Source: Theionarchaea archaeon (GTDB lineage: Archaea; Methanobacteriota_B; Thermococci; Methanofastidiosales; SZ-28-30). From it: a stretch of 64,000 nucleotides of DNA. A program made the position numbers and the translations under genes. Below the pieces are notes generated by a model. The model was not told where the DNA came from. It did not search any database and was given only the letters and a program-made list of their open reading frames with translations. Shown here in pieces: positions 10,934-20,591 of this stretch. How positions within the stretch are numbered: the first letter of the stretch is position 1; every line of letters starts with the position of its first letter. The stretch is taken from assembly GCA_018992685.1 (NCBI GenBank), contig JACVGT010000011.1, forward strand, positions 64,001 to 128,000. Reading direction: 5' to 3'.

Positions 10934-11269
10934 TCAATGAGAGCGTATCATGGTAAGAATCATCTTAAACTTGGTGACCGCCTTAACAGCATGGGGTTCA
11001 TGGGCAGGCATGATGATCATTTCGCCTTTTTTCAAGTAGACAGCCTTGCCAGAAATGATGATTTCTGCTTCCCCGTCAGTCACCCAGACCAACGCATCGA
11101 AGGGCGTAGTGTGTTCGCTGAGTTTCTGGCCTTCATCGAATGCGAAAAAGGTCACTGTTCCTGTTGGCTTTTCCATTACTATCCTGCTAACTACCGCACC
11201 TTTCTGGTACACAGCAAGTTCATCTACTGGTAGTGCTGTTGCAGGAACTATTTCAATGTCTTCTTTCAT
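10934..11269 (-). CDS. Cupin-domain protein
   Basis: FAFDEGQKLSEHTTPFDA...MPAHEPHAV; RBS AAGGAG. Confidence 0.88.
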   Translation of the reverse strand: MKEDIEIVPATALPVDELAVYQKGAVVSRIVMEKPTGTVTFFAFDEGQKLSEHTTPFDALVWVTDGEAEIIISGKAVYLKKGEMIIMPAHEPHAVKAVTKFKMILTMIRSH

Positions 11270-11534
11270 TTTTCTCATCTCCTTGCTCGCGAGGCCCCTT
11301 GCGGTCTGTAATCCTGTTGTTCTCCATCTTCTGCATTGGGGAAACCACTGGATCGTAGCCGCTTGGATTCTGCCTGAATGGTTCCTCATTCACTGCGAGG
11401 GTTTCTTCCTTAATCATTATGTTTTGTTGCTCTTGGGAGAACATAAGTGTTGTCGTTCCGGTTGAGTCAATATACAAGAAGATTTGCGGAACTGAGTTTC
11501 TCGTGGTTCAGAACTCTGCATGACGCAGAACCTT

Positions 11535-11640
11535 GAAAAAAAGAGTCAGTCCAGAGAAGTGCAAGAGAAATGAAAAGTGCAGAGGACCTGACGGAGGGGT
11601 GAAAGGAGGGCGAAAGATCGTGCATTTACAGGCCCTCTGC
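11535..11640 (-). other. 12-bp hairpin with C-rich loop followed by an oligo-T terminator (sRNA candidate)
   Basis: Minus strand GCAGAGGGCCTG / CAGGTCCTCTGC, then TGACTCTTTTTTTC. Confidence 0.3.
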
Positions 11641-12293
11641 TTGAGGCCATCCGGCGCAGTATAGTGGGGAAGCGTTTGCTTGGTTTGTTGACAGCCTGTG
11701 ATAGGTGCTGTAGATGGAGACAACAAAGAGAATCGTAGCTTCCTTTCTACATTCTCTTCCATAGTACCAGCATCAAATCACTTCCATGTTTCTTTTTGAG
11801 GAAAGAAGTCCCGTTCTTGGAACCTGTACCGGGGGGCATGACACCACAGCGATACAACGTGTTTCTAGCCGGAATTGGACTGTTCTCTCACTGCTGTAAT
11901 CATGAGGAACGGTGTCCATGCCTGGAGTATAGCGCAATTATTTCTGACGAAATCTAAGGGCAGACTGCTAGTTCTGATCCGGGCTATCATTGCCTTCATG
12001 GAAGAGACCGGTTCAAAACCTAACCTCTTTTCACAGCACCAAACAGTCATAGTCTTATTCGCAAAAATACTATTTAAGAGTCTTGTGGTGTACAAGTGTA
12101 CACGTCAGGAAGTGCTGTTGAGGAGCTGGCATGCAGTGAGGTGGAAGGAAAGCACATAAACCACACGATTAGTAACGAAATGTTTATAAAGAAGACTACC
12201 TCTACTATGGGCGGTGCTGCAGATGATTGTGTTTTGACGTGTAATCTGGCATTTCTCTTCGGGTCGTAAAGCCCAACCCTTTTAGGTGATTTC

Positions 12294-15224
12294 ATGATTA
12301 AAGAATTCCACATTGAAGATGCCCAGAAGCTGGCTGACATGTTGAATAGGAGTGACGAAGCGTGGCCAGGGGGACTCACCCACGGCATAGACTTCACGGC
12401 AAAAAGCGTAATGGAAGATCGAAAAAGAGAGAGTATTCTTGCGACGTACTGTGCATGGGATGATGACAATATCGTGGGACTTACGGAAATCATCGAGTTC
12501 TGGAGAGATACCAATGTCCTGTATATCGACTTTCTCAACGTTGAACCCACCCATCATGGTCGAGGATATGGAAGAGATCTCCTCAAGACCTGTGTTGAGA
12601 AGGCTACTGAGTTGAAAAGTAAGAGACTGGATCTTCATACATGGTCAGGTAACATGAAAGCAGTTCCCCTCTACAAGAAGACAGGGTTTTTCTGGGTTCC
12701 TAAAACGTCTGTGCACATGAAGAATTTCCTCCCCTTGATCCTGAGCCTTCAGGCTGCCAAATTCTTCTTCGAAAAGCACAATTGGTATACTACCTTCAAG
12801 AGAGAACTGAAGGTTGAAGAAGATGACTATGATGGCATATATCCCTACCACTGGGAAGAAGCGGAGGATATCCTCTCTGTGGTGATAGATGCAGAATCAG
12901 GGGGGGTAATCCAGTTCGAAAACAACGATTTTACAGTCTACCAGAAGGTGGAACCCGTATTCGTGGGAGAAAAAGCTTCTGTGACATGGGAGATTAAGAA
13001 TAAGACCCCCACTCCCCTGGAGGTTGCATTGATATCTAGAGGAGAAGACGGTATTGTGATGGATTTCAGGAAATCCTTCACCGTTCAGGATGTCGAGACA
13101 GTGACGGCCACAGTCTCTGTTGACCCAGACATTGAAATCAGGAAAAAAGAGGAGCCTCCTCATCAGCTCTCTACCGACGTCATCATCAATGGAATACTTC
13201 TCCCTCTTGTTTCAGGATTGCGGGTAACTCATGGAGTAGAGGTCTCTACATTTCCCGAGTTTGTGGTGGTTCCTCCAGGCGAGCAGTCTATCATGGTGAT
13301 ACTCAAGAACAATAGGCAGAACCATGTTGAAGGGGTGATTACGTGCCAGAATACCGGTGAATCCCACGAGTTCAGTATAGAACCTGGATACAGCGAAGGT
13401 ATCCCCTTTACTCTGCGTTTGGCACGAGACTGTGAGCTGCGATTTTCCATAGAGGGCGCCCTGCCCATCCACATAGTACCCGTACGGGTGACGACGGGTG
13501 GCGCAGTACTAATGCAGAAAGGGAGAGACGTCATTCTTGAAAATGCTCACGCCAGAATGATTGTTTCGCTGGCGGGAGGGGAAACTTCCATCTTTGTGAA
13601 GAACACTCAAGAAATGGAGATCAAGTACGCCGGTGACGAACTGGGACCTCCGTACTGGCCATCAGAGTTGTTTAAAACATCGTACACGGTAAGAATGAAG
13701 CAGTGCACTGGCAAAGTTAGTGCAGAATTCACTGCCTACTCGAAAAAGTATGACACCACAGTTGTTCGTAAAGTTGAAATGGACGCTGGTCCTTTGATCA
13801 AAATCGAGTATTCCTTCACCCCACAAAGAGATCTTTACGTGCAGTTTGGCGGAGAGGCCAGTTTCGCCGGAGGGCTCTTAACTCTTCCGCTCACAGAGGG
13901 ATTCATTTCAGAACCTACTGTTGATGAGGATTTTCCTCTGGGTCATGGAGACCTTCCTGAAGACTCCACAGCATATGAAGAACAGTGGGCGTGCCACCAG
14001 ATGGGTGACGCAGTCCTCGGTGTCATATGGGAGAAATGCGTGAAAATGAACGTGAGTAGATATTCATTCCCCGGGATCATCCTGGACACCCGGAATCCGC
14101 GTCCATTCTACCTGTACGTGGGAAGAGGGACCTGGAAGGATGTGAGGAACAGCTGGTCTTTGCTGCACAACGTGGCGGTACCACCTGCGGAACCTAAAAG
14201 TGTGTGGGATGTCAGCCCTTCCCTGGTGGTGACTGTCGACGATATGATTACTGAGCAATTCACTCTCAGTAACAGGAGAAAAAGAACTCTGGAAGGGAAC
14301 GTAACCGGGATCCCTTTTAAAGCGGCGAGAGGGTCACCCTTTACCTTTGAAGCTGCCCTTGAGGCTCCAGACGTTGGCATCCACGAACGAGTTCTGCACA
14401 TGGAGACAGATCTCTTTTCCAGAAATATTCCCGTGATGGTTGTCAGAGCAGGAAAAAGGAGTAACGTCGTCGTCCTTGAAGAAGGAGATACCATACAGGT
14501 TAATAATGGATTATACCGGTTTGAAGTTGCTCCATCGTACTATGGATCAGTGGTCTTCTGGGGGGATAACGTGAACCACCTGCTGACCCCATATCCAGAG
14601 ACCACACAGCTTGCCTGGTTCCGCCCCTGGTATGGGGGGATCCATCCAGTCGTCTTTGCTGAAAAAAGAGATTTCCCTGGTCGAATGCATAAAGAAGCTT
14701 TCAGCTGCGCTATTGCAGAAAGAAAAACACACGGTATTTCATGGAAGGGCGTTACCGTGACATCTACCCTCCAGGAGATTAAGGGAATCGGCCTGGAAAC
14801 TTCCTACCTGACAGCAGGACACAGCAATCTTCTGGTCATCTGCCACACACTGAAGAATCTGACATCTGCCCCCCGTTCTGTGTATTCAGGAATGACATTT
14901 TTTGTACAGCCAGACGGTTCTCTAACAGATTCCACCTTGTACTACCGCAGCCCTCAATTGGTTCAAAGAAGACGAACCTCCTATGGAGGGCTATCAGCGG
15001 GCAGGGAATGGGCTGCGGTCCAAGGAACATCAACATTCCTCACCGTTGTGGCAGACAGTATTCATGCACTTGATCTGGGAAGAGAGGGCGCTCATATATT
15101 CAGCGCCAGAAAACGGGACATTCCCCCACACGGTTCTGTCACTGAATTCCAGTATTTAGTGGCAGCACACTCTCTGGAAGAATCGCAGGCATATAAGAGT
15201 TTGAGGGGATTGCAGTGGATCTAG
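12294..15224 (+). CDS. Large protein with N-terminal GNAT acetyltransferase domain
   Basis: LNVEPTHHGRGYGRDLL acetyl-CoA motif and NMKAVPLYKKTGF; long beta-rich C-terminal region unassigned. Confidence 0.8.
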   Translation: MIKEFHIEDAQKLADMLNRSDEAWPGGLTHGIDFTAKSVMEDRKRESILATYCAWDDDNIVGLTEIIEFWRDTNVLYIDFLNVEPTHHGRGYGRDLLKTCVEKATELKSKRLDLHTWSGNMKAVPLYKKTGFFWVPKTSVHMKNFLPLILSLQAAKFFFEKHNWYTTFKRELKVEEDDYDGIYPYHWEEAEDILSVVIDAESGGVIQFENNDFTVYQKVEPVFVGEKASVTWEIKNKTPTPLEVALISRGEDGIVMDFRKSFTVQDVETVTATVSVDPDIEIRKKEEPPHQLSTDVIINGILLPLVSGLRVTHGVEVSTFPEFVVVPPGEQSIMVILKNNRQNHVEGVITCQNTGESHEFSIEPGYSEGIPFTLRLARDCELRFSIEGALPIHIVPVRVTTGGAVLMQKGRDVILENAHARMIVSLAGGETSIFVKNTQEMEIKYAGDELGPPYWPSELFKTSYTVRMKQCTGKVSAEFTAYSKKYDTTVVRKVEMDAGPLIKIEYSFTPQRDLYVQFGGEASFAGGLLTLPLTEGFISEPTVDEDFPLGHGDLPEDSTAYEEQWACHQMGDAVLGVIWEKCVKMNVSRYSFPGIILDTRNPRPFYLYVGRGTWKDVRNSWSLLHNVAVPPAEPKSVWDVSPSLVVTVDDMITEQFTLSNRRKRTLEGNVTGIPFKAARGSPFTFEAALEAPDVGIHERVLHMETDLFSRNIPVMVVRAGKRSNVVVLEEGDTIQVNNGLYRFEVAPSYYGSVVFWGDNVNHLLTPYPETTQLAWFRPWYGGIHPVVFAEKRDFPGRMHKEAFSCAIAERKTHGISWKGVTVTSTLQEIKGIGLETSYLTAGHSNLLVICHTLKNLTSAPRSVYSGMTFFVQPDGSLTDSTLYYRSPQLVQRRRTSYGGLSAGREWAAVQGTSTFLTVVADSIHALDLGREGAHIFSARKRDIPPHGSVTEFQYLVAAHSLEESQAYKSLRGLQWI

Positions 15225-16225
15225 CACCAGAGCATGCTATAATAGCAAAGGGTGTTGTAAAGACATTCAGGAAAAAGGGACGTCGGAAATATGGGATAGG
15301 TCCGAAGATAACCCCGGATGAACTCATTTATGCAGTGAACGGTGTTGATCTTACCGTACGCAGGGGAGAACTTTTTGGGTTGTTGGGCCCCAATGGTGCG
15401 GGGAAAACCACTCTCGTAAAGTGTTTGTCCACCCTTCTCCTTCCCAACAAGGGGACTGCCATCATCAGTGGGCATGACATTATCAATGATCCTATTGCTG
15501 CCAGGGAGTGCATAGGGATTACCACAGGGGGAGAAAGGACATTGTACTGGAAGTTGTCAGGAAGAGATAATCTCAGATACTTTGCTGCCTTGTATGGACT
15601 CTCAAGCGAGGAAGCAGATAGGCGGATCAGCTACCTCATGAAGATCATGGGCCTGGAAGATAGGCAGTATGAACGCATTGAAAAATATTCCACAGGGATG
15701 CGCCAGAAAGTGTCCATTTCAAGAGCTCTGATCCATGATCCACCTGTTCTGCTGCTGGATGAGCCAACTCTGGGCCTTGATCCCTCGTTTTCTCGGTTCA
15801 TACGTTCTTTCATCAAGAAAGATTTGAACCAGAAGCAGAAAAAGACCATTATTCTTACCACGCACTATATGGACGAGGCAGATCAGCTGTGTGACCGTAT
15901 TGCCATTATGAATGAGGGGAAAATAGTGGCTGTGGATACACCCGAAGTCCTGAAGAGAAGGATACCCCAAGACGAGGTCCTGGAGGTCAGATGTCTGGGA
16001 CATGCTGATTTCTCCGGGATTGGACAGAGAGTGTATGCAGATTCTGTAGAAGGAGTGACCATATACCGAATTCATGCAGAAAATGTGGAAGATATCATGT
16101 CACAGGTGATACAGGCTGCTCACTCAGCAAAGATTCTCTCCATGAATGTTACCAAGCCCACCTTGGAGGATGTATTCATACATCTGACAGGGGCACGCCT
16201 GACAGGTGAGGACAATGAGCAGTGA
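15215..16225 (+). CDS. ABC transporter ATP-binding protein (DrrA-like)
   Basis: GPNGAGKT, YSTGMRQK, LLLDEPT, TTHYMDEAD. Confidence 0.92.
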   Translation: MDLAPEHAIIAKGVVKTFRKKGRRKYGIGPKITPDELIYAVNGVDLTVRRGELFGLLGPNGAGKTTLVKCLSTLLLPNKGTAIISGHDIINDPIAARECIGITTGGERTLYWKLSGRDNLRYFAALYGLSSEEADRRISYLMKIMGLEDRQYERIEKYSTGMRQKVSISRALIHDPPVLLLDEPTLGLDPSFSRFIRSFIKKDLNQKQKKTIILTTHYMDEADQLCDRIAIMNEGKIVAVDTPEVLKRRIPQDEVLEVRCLGHADFSGIGQRVYADSVEGVTIYRIHAENVEDIMSQVIQAAHSAKILSMNVTKPTLEDVFIHLTGARLTGEDNEQ

Positions 16226-17036
16226 ATTGTTTCTGGTGAAAGAAGAAATCAAGAAAAATATTAAGATACTGTTGTGCTACCCAGTGGAGATCATGTTCTG
16301 GGCCATTTTTCCCATCCTGTGGGTTATCCCCTTTATTTTTCAGGGCGAGGCACTGGTGGGAGGTTCTACCAGTTCTCAATTCAAGGAATTGGCAGGGACG
16401 GAGCAATTCATCCCTTTTGTGTTGATAGGAGCTATCATATCTACATATTTGTTCTCCTCTCTGTATGGGATGGGAGGAAGTATTCGCATGGAATCGTACT
16501 GGGGTACCCTGGAGTACATTCTGGGGAGCCCTGCTCGCAAGATCTCTGTGCTCATGGGGAAAGCTCTCAGCGAGTCGATTTCTTCCACGTTCTTTGTGGC
16601 CACCCAGGTTCTCATATGCGTATTCGGGTTCGGGCTGAAACTAACGGTAGCAAAGGTTTTGCCGATCCTCCTGGTGCTGCTTCTGCTGGTGGCGGGATTG
16701 TACGGGATGGCTATTGCCCTTGCAGGAGTGACGCTGCAGATAAAGGAAAGCAGATCACTGGTCCATACCATAGAATATTTATTCTATCTGTTCTCGCCCA
16801 TCAGGTATCCCGTGGGAATAAACCCAGTGATTGCCACTGTTTCACTGGTGATACCCCTGACGTATGCCTTGATTGCAATCAGAGGGATATGGCTCCTAAA
16901 CCAGCCTATGTCAACCTTGTGGGGATACGTTGGGCTGCTGGCTCTCTTAGATGTGATATTCATTGGCGTGGGATATACAATCTTTTACTACATGGAAAAA
17001 AGGGTGAGGAAAAGTGGATCTGTTTCCCAGTACTAG
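16215..17036 (+). CDS. ABC-2 type permease
   Basis: ESYWGTLEYILGSP motif; about six TM helices. Confidence 0.88.
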   Translation: MSSELFLVKEEIKKNIKILLCYPVEIMFWAIFPILWVIPFIFQGEALVGGSTSSQFKELAGTEQFIPFVLIGAIISTYLFSSLYGMGGSIRMESYWGTLEYILGSPARKISVLMGKALSESISSTFFVATQVLICVFGFGLKLTVAKVLPILLVLLLLVAGLYGMAIALAGVTLQIKESRSLVHTIEYLFYLFSPIRYPVGINPVIATVSLVIPLTYALIAIRGIWLLNQPMSTLWGYVGLLALLDVIFIGVGYTIFYYMEKRVRKSGSVSQY

Positions 17037-17865
17037 CCGGATTCTGCGGTATCTGCGCGGCATGAATGCTGAGAATGTAAAAGAATGGAAGATTGAGCTA
17101 ACGTACAGGGCAGATTTTATCAGGGGAATGCTGGAGCCCTTGATTTTTGTATTTCCCTTCGTGCTATTTGCCATGTCGCTCATGGGTGGAAGGACATCCT
17201 CCGTTCTGGAAGGGCTGACTGGCGTGTCTGATGGTATCACCTACACCATCATTGGATACATCTTCATGGGATTTCTGAATACTGCAGTCTGGGGCATGGG
17301 ATTTGCCCTCAGGAAGGAACAATGGTACGGGACCCTGGAGTCTATATTTGTTGCCCCTGTTCCCAGATGGGTATATGTTCTGGGAATGGCCCTCCATTCT
17401 ACTGTCCATCAGGGGATCATATTGTTCTTCCAGATCCTGGTAGTCTACGTCTTATTCGGTGTGATACTCAATGTCCAGGGAGTTCTGCCTGTTCTTGTGT
17501 TCATTGCTCTCATGTTGATATCGTTGGTGGGGCTGGGGCTCATGGTTTCTGGGCTGGCCCTCATATTCAAAGAAGGATGGATTGTCTCAGAAGTCTTGTA
17601 CTCTTTGATTACTATTGTGACACCAATTGCATATCCTCTGGCCGTGCTTCCCCCTTTGCTCCAGAAGATATCTCTGACCATGCCCACGACGTATGCCATT
17701 ACGGGGATCCGTCACTTCTTGATTGATGAGAATATGGGAGTGGGATTGTTGGATTCATACTCCCGGCTGATTATCATCGGAGTGTGCTGGATTATCACGG
17801 GATTGCTTATATTTCAGATAGTGGACAGAAAAGTGAGAAGGGAAGGGACTCTGGCAGAGTACTAG
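17014..17865 (+). CDS. ABC-2 type permease
   Basis: EQWYGTLESIFVAP and YPLAVLPP motifs. Confidence 0.88.
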   Translation: MDLFPSTSRILRYLRGMNAENVKEWKIELTYRADFIRGMLEPLIFVFPFVLFAMSLMGGRTSSVLEGLTGVSDGITYTIIGYIFMGFLNTAVWGMGFALRKEQWYGTLESIFVAPVPRWVYVLGMALHSTVHQGIILFFQILVVYVLFGVILNVQGVLPVLVFIALMLISLVGLGLMVSGLALIFKEGWIVSEVLYSLITIVTPIAYPLAVLPPLLQKISLTMPTTYAITGIRHFLIDENMGVGLLDSYSRLIIIGVCWIITGLLIFQIVDRKVRREGTLAEY

Positions 17866-18019
17866 TGGAACAACGACCACGGTTCTCCTTCTTTCAGTAC
17901 TGGATGTTCACCATCAGCCAGACATATTACCCCCTTCTTGTTAATTATTTGCTGCCCTTGAGATTATCAACAGTGGACTTGAACAATAATCTTATATATG
18001 ACTGCATGATGGTACCAGT

Positions 18020-19123
18020 ATGGCAGACATAAGAATGGAACGACTGGCAGATCTCATTGTCAATTATTCGGTGAGTGCACAGAAAGGACAGGAAATTTTC
18101 ATCATTGGGCCAACCATCTCCTACCCCATGATTGAACAGCTGTACAAATATGTTCTGCTGGCAAAAGCATATCCCACCGTGATTTTCCTGGATGAACGGC
18201 TGGATGATATTCAGTTTCGTTACGGGGAGGATCACCAGCTGCAGCATGTTCCCTTGCTTTCCAGGCATGCAGTGGAGGAAGCAGACATTCTGATCAGGGT
18301 AAAAGCAGAGCGGAACCCCAGACACTTGGCGAATGTGGAAACAGGGAAAATAGCTAAAAATGTTGCATCAAGGAGGGAAATTTCTGACATCATGTCGGAA
18401 CGAATTAGAAAGGGAGAACTGTCCTGGAACCTGGTGCCCTTCCCCACGGAATCAATGGCACAGGAAGGTTCCATGAATCTTATGGACTATGAAGACTTCG
18501 TTTATAAGGCCTGCTTTGCTCATGTCGATGAACCCAAGAAGGAATGGATGAAAGTCTCTGAACATCAGCAAAAAATCGTCGACTACCTTGGCAGGAAATC
18601 AGAACTTCGATACGTAGGAGAAGACACAGATATTACCTTTGCCATCAAGGGACGCATCTGGATAAATGCAGACGGGAAAAAGAACATGCCTGATGGCGAA
18701 GTGTTCACTGGTCCACTTGAGGATTCAGCAGAAGGTACCATCAGGTTCACATATCCTGCAATCTATAGCGGCAATGAAGTAGAAGACATCAGATTGACCT
18801 TCAAGAAAGGAGTAGTCACAGAGGCCAGAGCCAGGAAAGGCGAAGAACTGCTTCGCCAGATGGTGGGACTGGACGAAGGATCAAACAGAGTTGGCGAAGT
18901 GGCTATCGGAACCAATTATGAGGTTACTCAGTTCACCAAGGACATGCTCTTTGACGAGAAGATGGGCGGAACCATCCACATGGCGCTAGGAAGAGGAATA
19001 CCAGAGACCGGCAGTGAAATCATGTCAGCCATACACTGGGATATGTTGAAGGACATGAGAAAGGGCGGGAAAATCTTTGCCGACGGAGAATTGTTCTACG
19101 AAAATGGGAAATTCCTAATCTAA
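18020..19123 (+). CDS. Aminopeptidase, M29 (AmpS/AmpT) family
   Basis: NMPDGEVFTGP, GEVAIG, LFDEKMGGTIHMALG, SAIHWDM. Confidence 0.92.
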   Translation: MADIRMERLADLIVNYSVSAQKGQEIFIIGPTISYPMIEQLYKYVLLAKAYPTVIFLDERLDDIQFRYGEDHQLQHVPLLSRHAVEEADILIRVKAERNPRHLANVETGKIAKNVASRREISDIMSERIRKGELSWNLVPFPTESMAQEGSMNLMDYEDFVYKACFAHVDEPKKEWMKVSEHQQKIVDYLGRKSELRYVGEDTDITFAIKGRIWINADGKKNMPDGEVFTGPLEDSAEGTIRFTYPAIYSGNEVEDIRLTFKKGVVTEARARKGEELLRQMVGLDEGSNRVGEVAIGTNYEVTQFTKDMLFDEKMGGTIHMALGRGIPETGSEIMSAIHWDMLKDMRKGGKIFADGELFYENGKFLI

Positions 19124-19231
19124 TCATTGTCATGGTGGTTCACTCACTACAGAGTGCGTGGTCTCTCTGCCATGCACTCACCTTTTTCTGCTTGGCTTTC
19201 CATGAAGTAATTCGTGTACGGAGGAATTTGT

Positions 19232-19891
19232 ATGGCAGATCAAACCTTGGAGATAACCTACTGGGAATCCGCCGGAGAAGTCAACACGGATAACCTCCTC
19301 AAAATCGTCAGAGAATGCGCCCTCCAACGTGATATTCCAGTAATAGTAGCCTCAGAAACTGGAAAGAGTGCATTGAGAGCACTCCAAATATTCAAAGACA
19401 CATCAATTCGCATGGTGGTGGTCACCCATTTCCCCGCCACGACGTGGGGGCCCAAGGGGAATATTCCTATTGGGCTTTTGAGAAATGAATACACAGAAGC
19501 AAGGAAAACGCTCCTGGACCACAATATTACCATAGTCCAGGGCACAAGGCCTTTTGCTCCCCCTTCCCGATCCATTGAGTGGGGATATCCAACGCCCGAA
19601 GCTGTAATGGATAAGACACTTGAACTCTTCGGGGCGGGAACTAAAATCGCTATTGAAGCTGCAATCATGGCTACAGATTCTGGAGCGGTCACTGACGGAG
19701 AGGAAGTCCTCTCCTGTGCAGGAACGTTCAAGGGATTGGATTGCGCTCTCATAGTAAAGACTACCTACAGCATGAATGTCTTCAGTCAGTTTGAAGTGCG
19801 GGAAGTCCTTGCCAAGCCCCGATATAGAGTAACGCAGCTTCCTGAATACACCTTTGACCATTGGAAGGGTGATCTTGAGCAGTATTACTGA
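19232..19891 (+). CDS. Stand-alone pyruvate-kinase C-terminal-like domain protein
   Basis: VIVASETGKSA, FGAGTKIAIEAAIMATDSG and GLDCALIV motifs. Confidence 0.75.
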   Translation: MADQTLEITYWESAGEVNTDNLLKIVRECALQRDIPVIVASETGKSALRALQIFKDTSIRMVVVTHFPATTWGPKGNIPIGLLRNEYTEARKTLLDHNITIVQGTRPFAPPSRSIEWGYPTPEAVMDKTLELFGAGTKIAIEAAIMATDSGAVTDGEEVLSCAGTFKGLDCALIVKTTYSMNVFSQFEVREVLAKPRYRVTQLPEYTFDHWKGDLEQYY

Positions 19892-20151
19892 CTATTATTA
19901 ATCGGCGTGAATGAGGTATGTCAGTCTTCAATAAAAAAGAGAAAGGAGGATGATATGGCGCAATACTATTATTAATCAATAGTATATAAAGCTTTCGGTT
20001 CATGACTCATATTTCGTCCTGATCACTTCACTTCATAAGCACATTCATTCAACCATTGCACGAAGTGGGACCTTCTCCTATGGAAAAACTCCTGAAATCC
20101 CCTCTTATTTTTTTCATCATCCATTCTCATTATTACACGACAGTTTAAATA

Positions 20152-20167
20152 GAAACCTTTTTAAATA
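20152..20167 (+). promoter_or_regulatory. BRE/TATA promoter of the RiPP precursor
   Basis: GAAACCTTTTTAAATA about 45 nt upstream of the ATG; RBS AAGGAGGTG at 20196-20204. Confidence 0.6.
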
Positions 20168-20210
20168 ATCCATATCATAAGTAATAGATAAGCTAAAGGA
20201 GGTGTAACAA

Positions 20211-20351
20211 ATGATAAATGTGCCTATGGTATTTGAGGGTCCTGCCCTGCTGGCCAACACAATGGTTCCGTTAGGGCGGGGGACTAATGTCTGCTGCTAC
20301 AATGATACTGATGGAGACTACTACTGCTGCATCAAGACTGAAGTCCTATAA
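20211..20351 (+). CDS. Putative RiPP precursor peptide, 46 aa (MINVPMVFEGPALLANTMVPLGRGTNVCCYNDTDGDYYCCIKTEVL)
   Basis: Translated by hand; below the ORF-track cutoff. Strong RBS, own promoter and T-rich terminator, Cys/Asp/Tyr-rich C-terminal core, directly upstream of rSAM/SPASM and RRE genes. Confidence 0.85.
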   Translation: MINVPMVFEGPALLANTMVPLGRGTNVCCYNDTDGDYYCCIKTEVL

Positions 20352-20358
20352 AGAATTG

Positions 20359-20382
20359 TTTTTTCTCTTTTTTTGTCTTTTT
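20359..20382 (+). terminator. Oligo-T terminator after the precursor
   Basis: TTTTTTCTCTTTTTTTGTCTTTTT. Confidence 0.6.
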
Positions 20383-20591
20383 CCGATTTGGGAAATACGT
20401 TGTGAATGGGGAGGTTGTGCTAGTGTCATTCAAAAGTCGTCTATCTTGTCAGGGTGAGATTATACATTCATATGCAATCAGACGGTCATGTGATTGCCAT
20501 GGAAGCAGAATCAGAATCGTACCTTGTGTCATAAGAGTCCAGTGGTTCTCTTCGTATCCCTTTTGTCCCCTCTCCACAGAGACGTGGTAGC

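Noticed and set aside
20402-20590. 62-aa Cys-containing ORF as an alternative precursor
   Set aside because: No RBS or leader/core organisation; 20211-20351 has far better signals.
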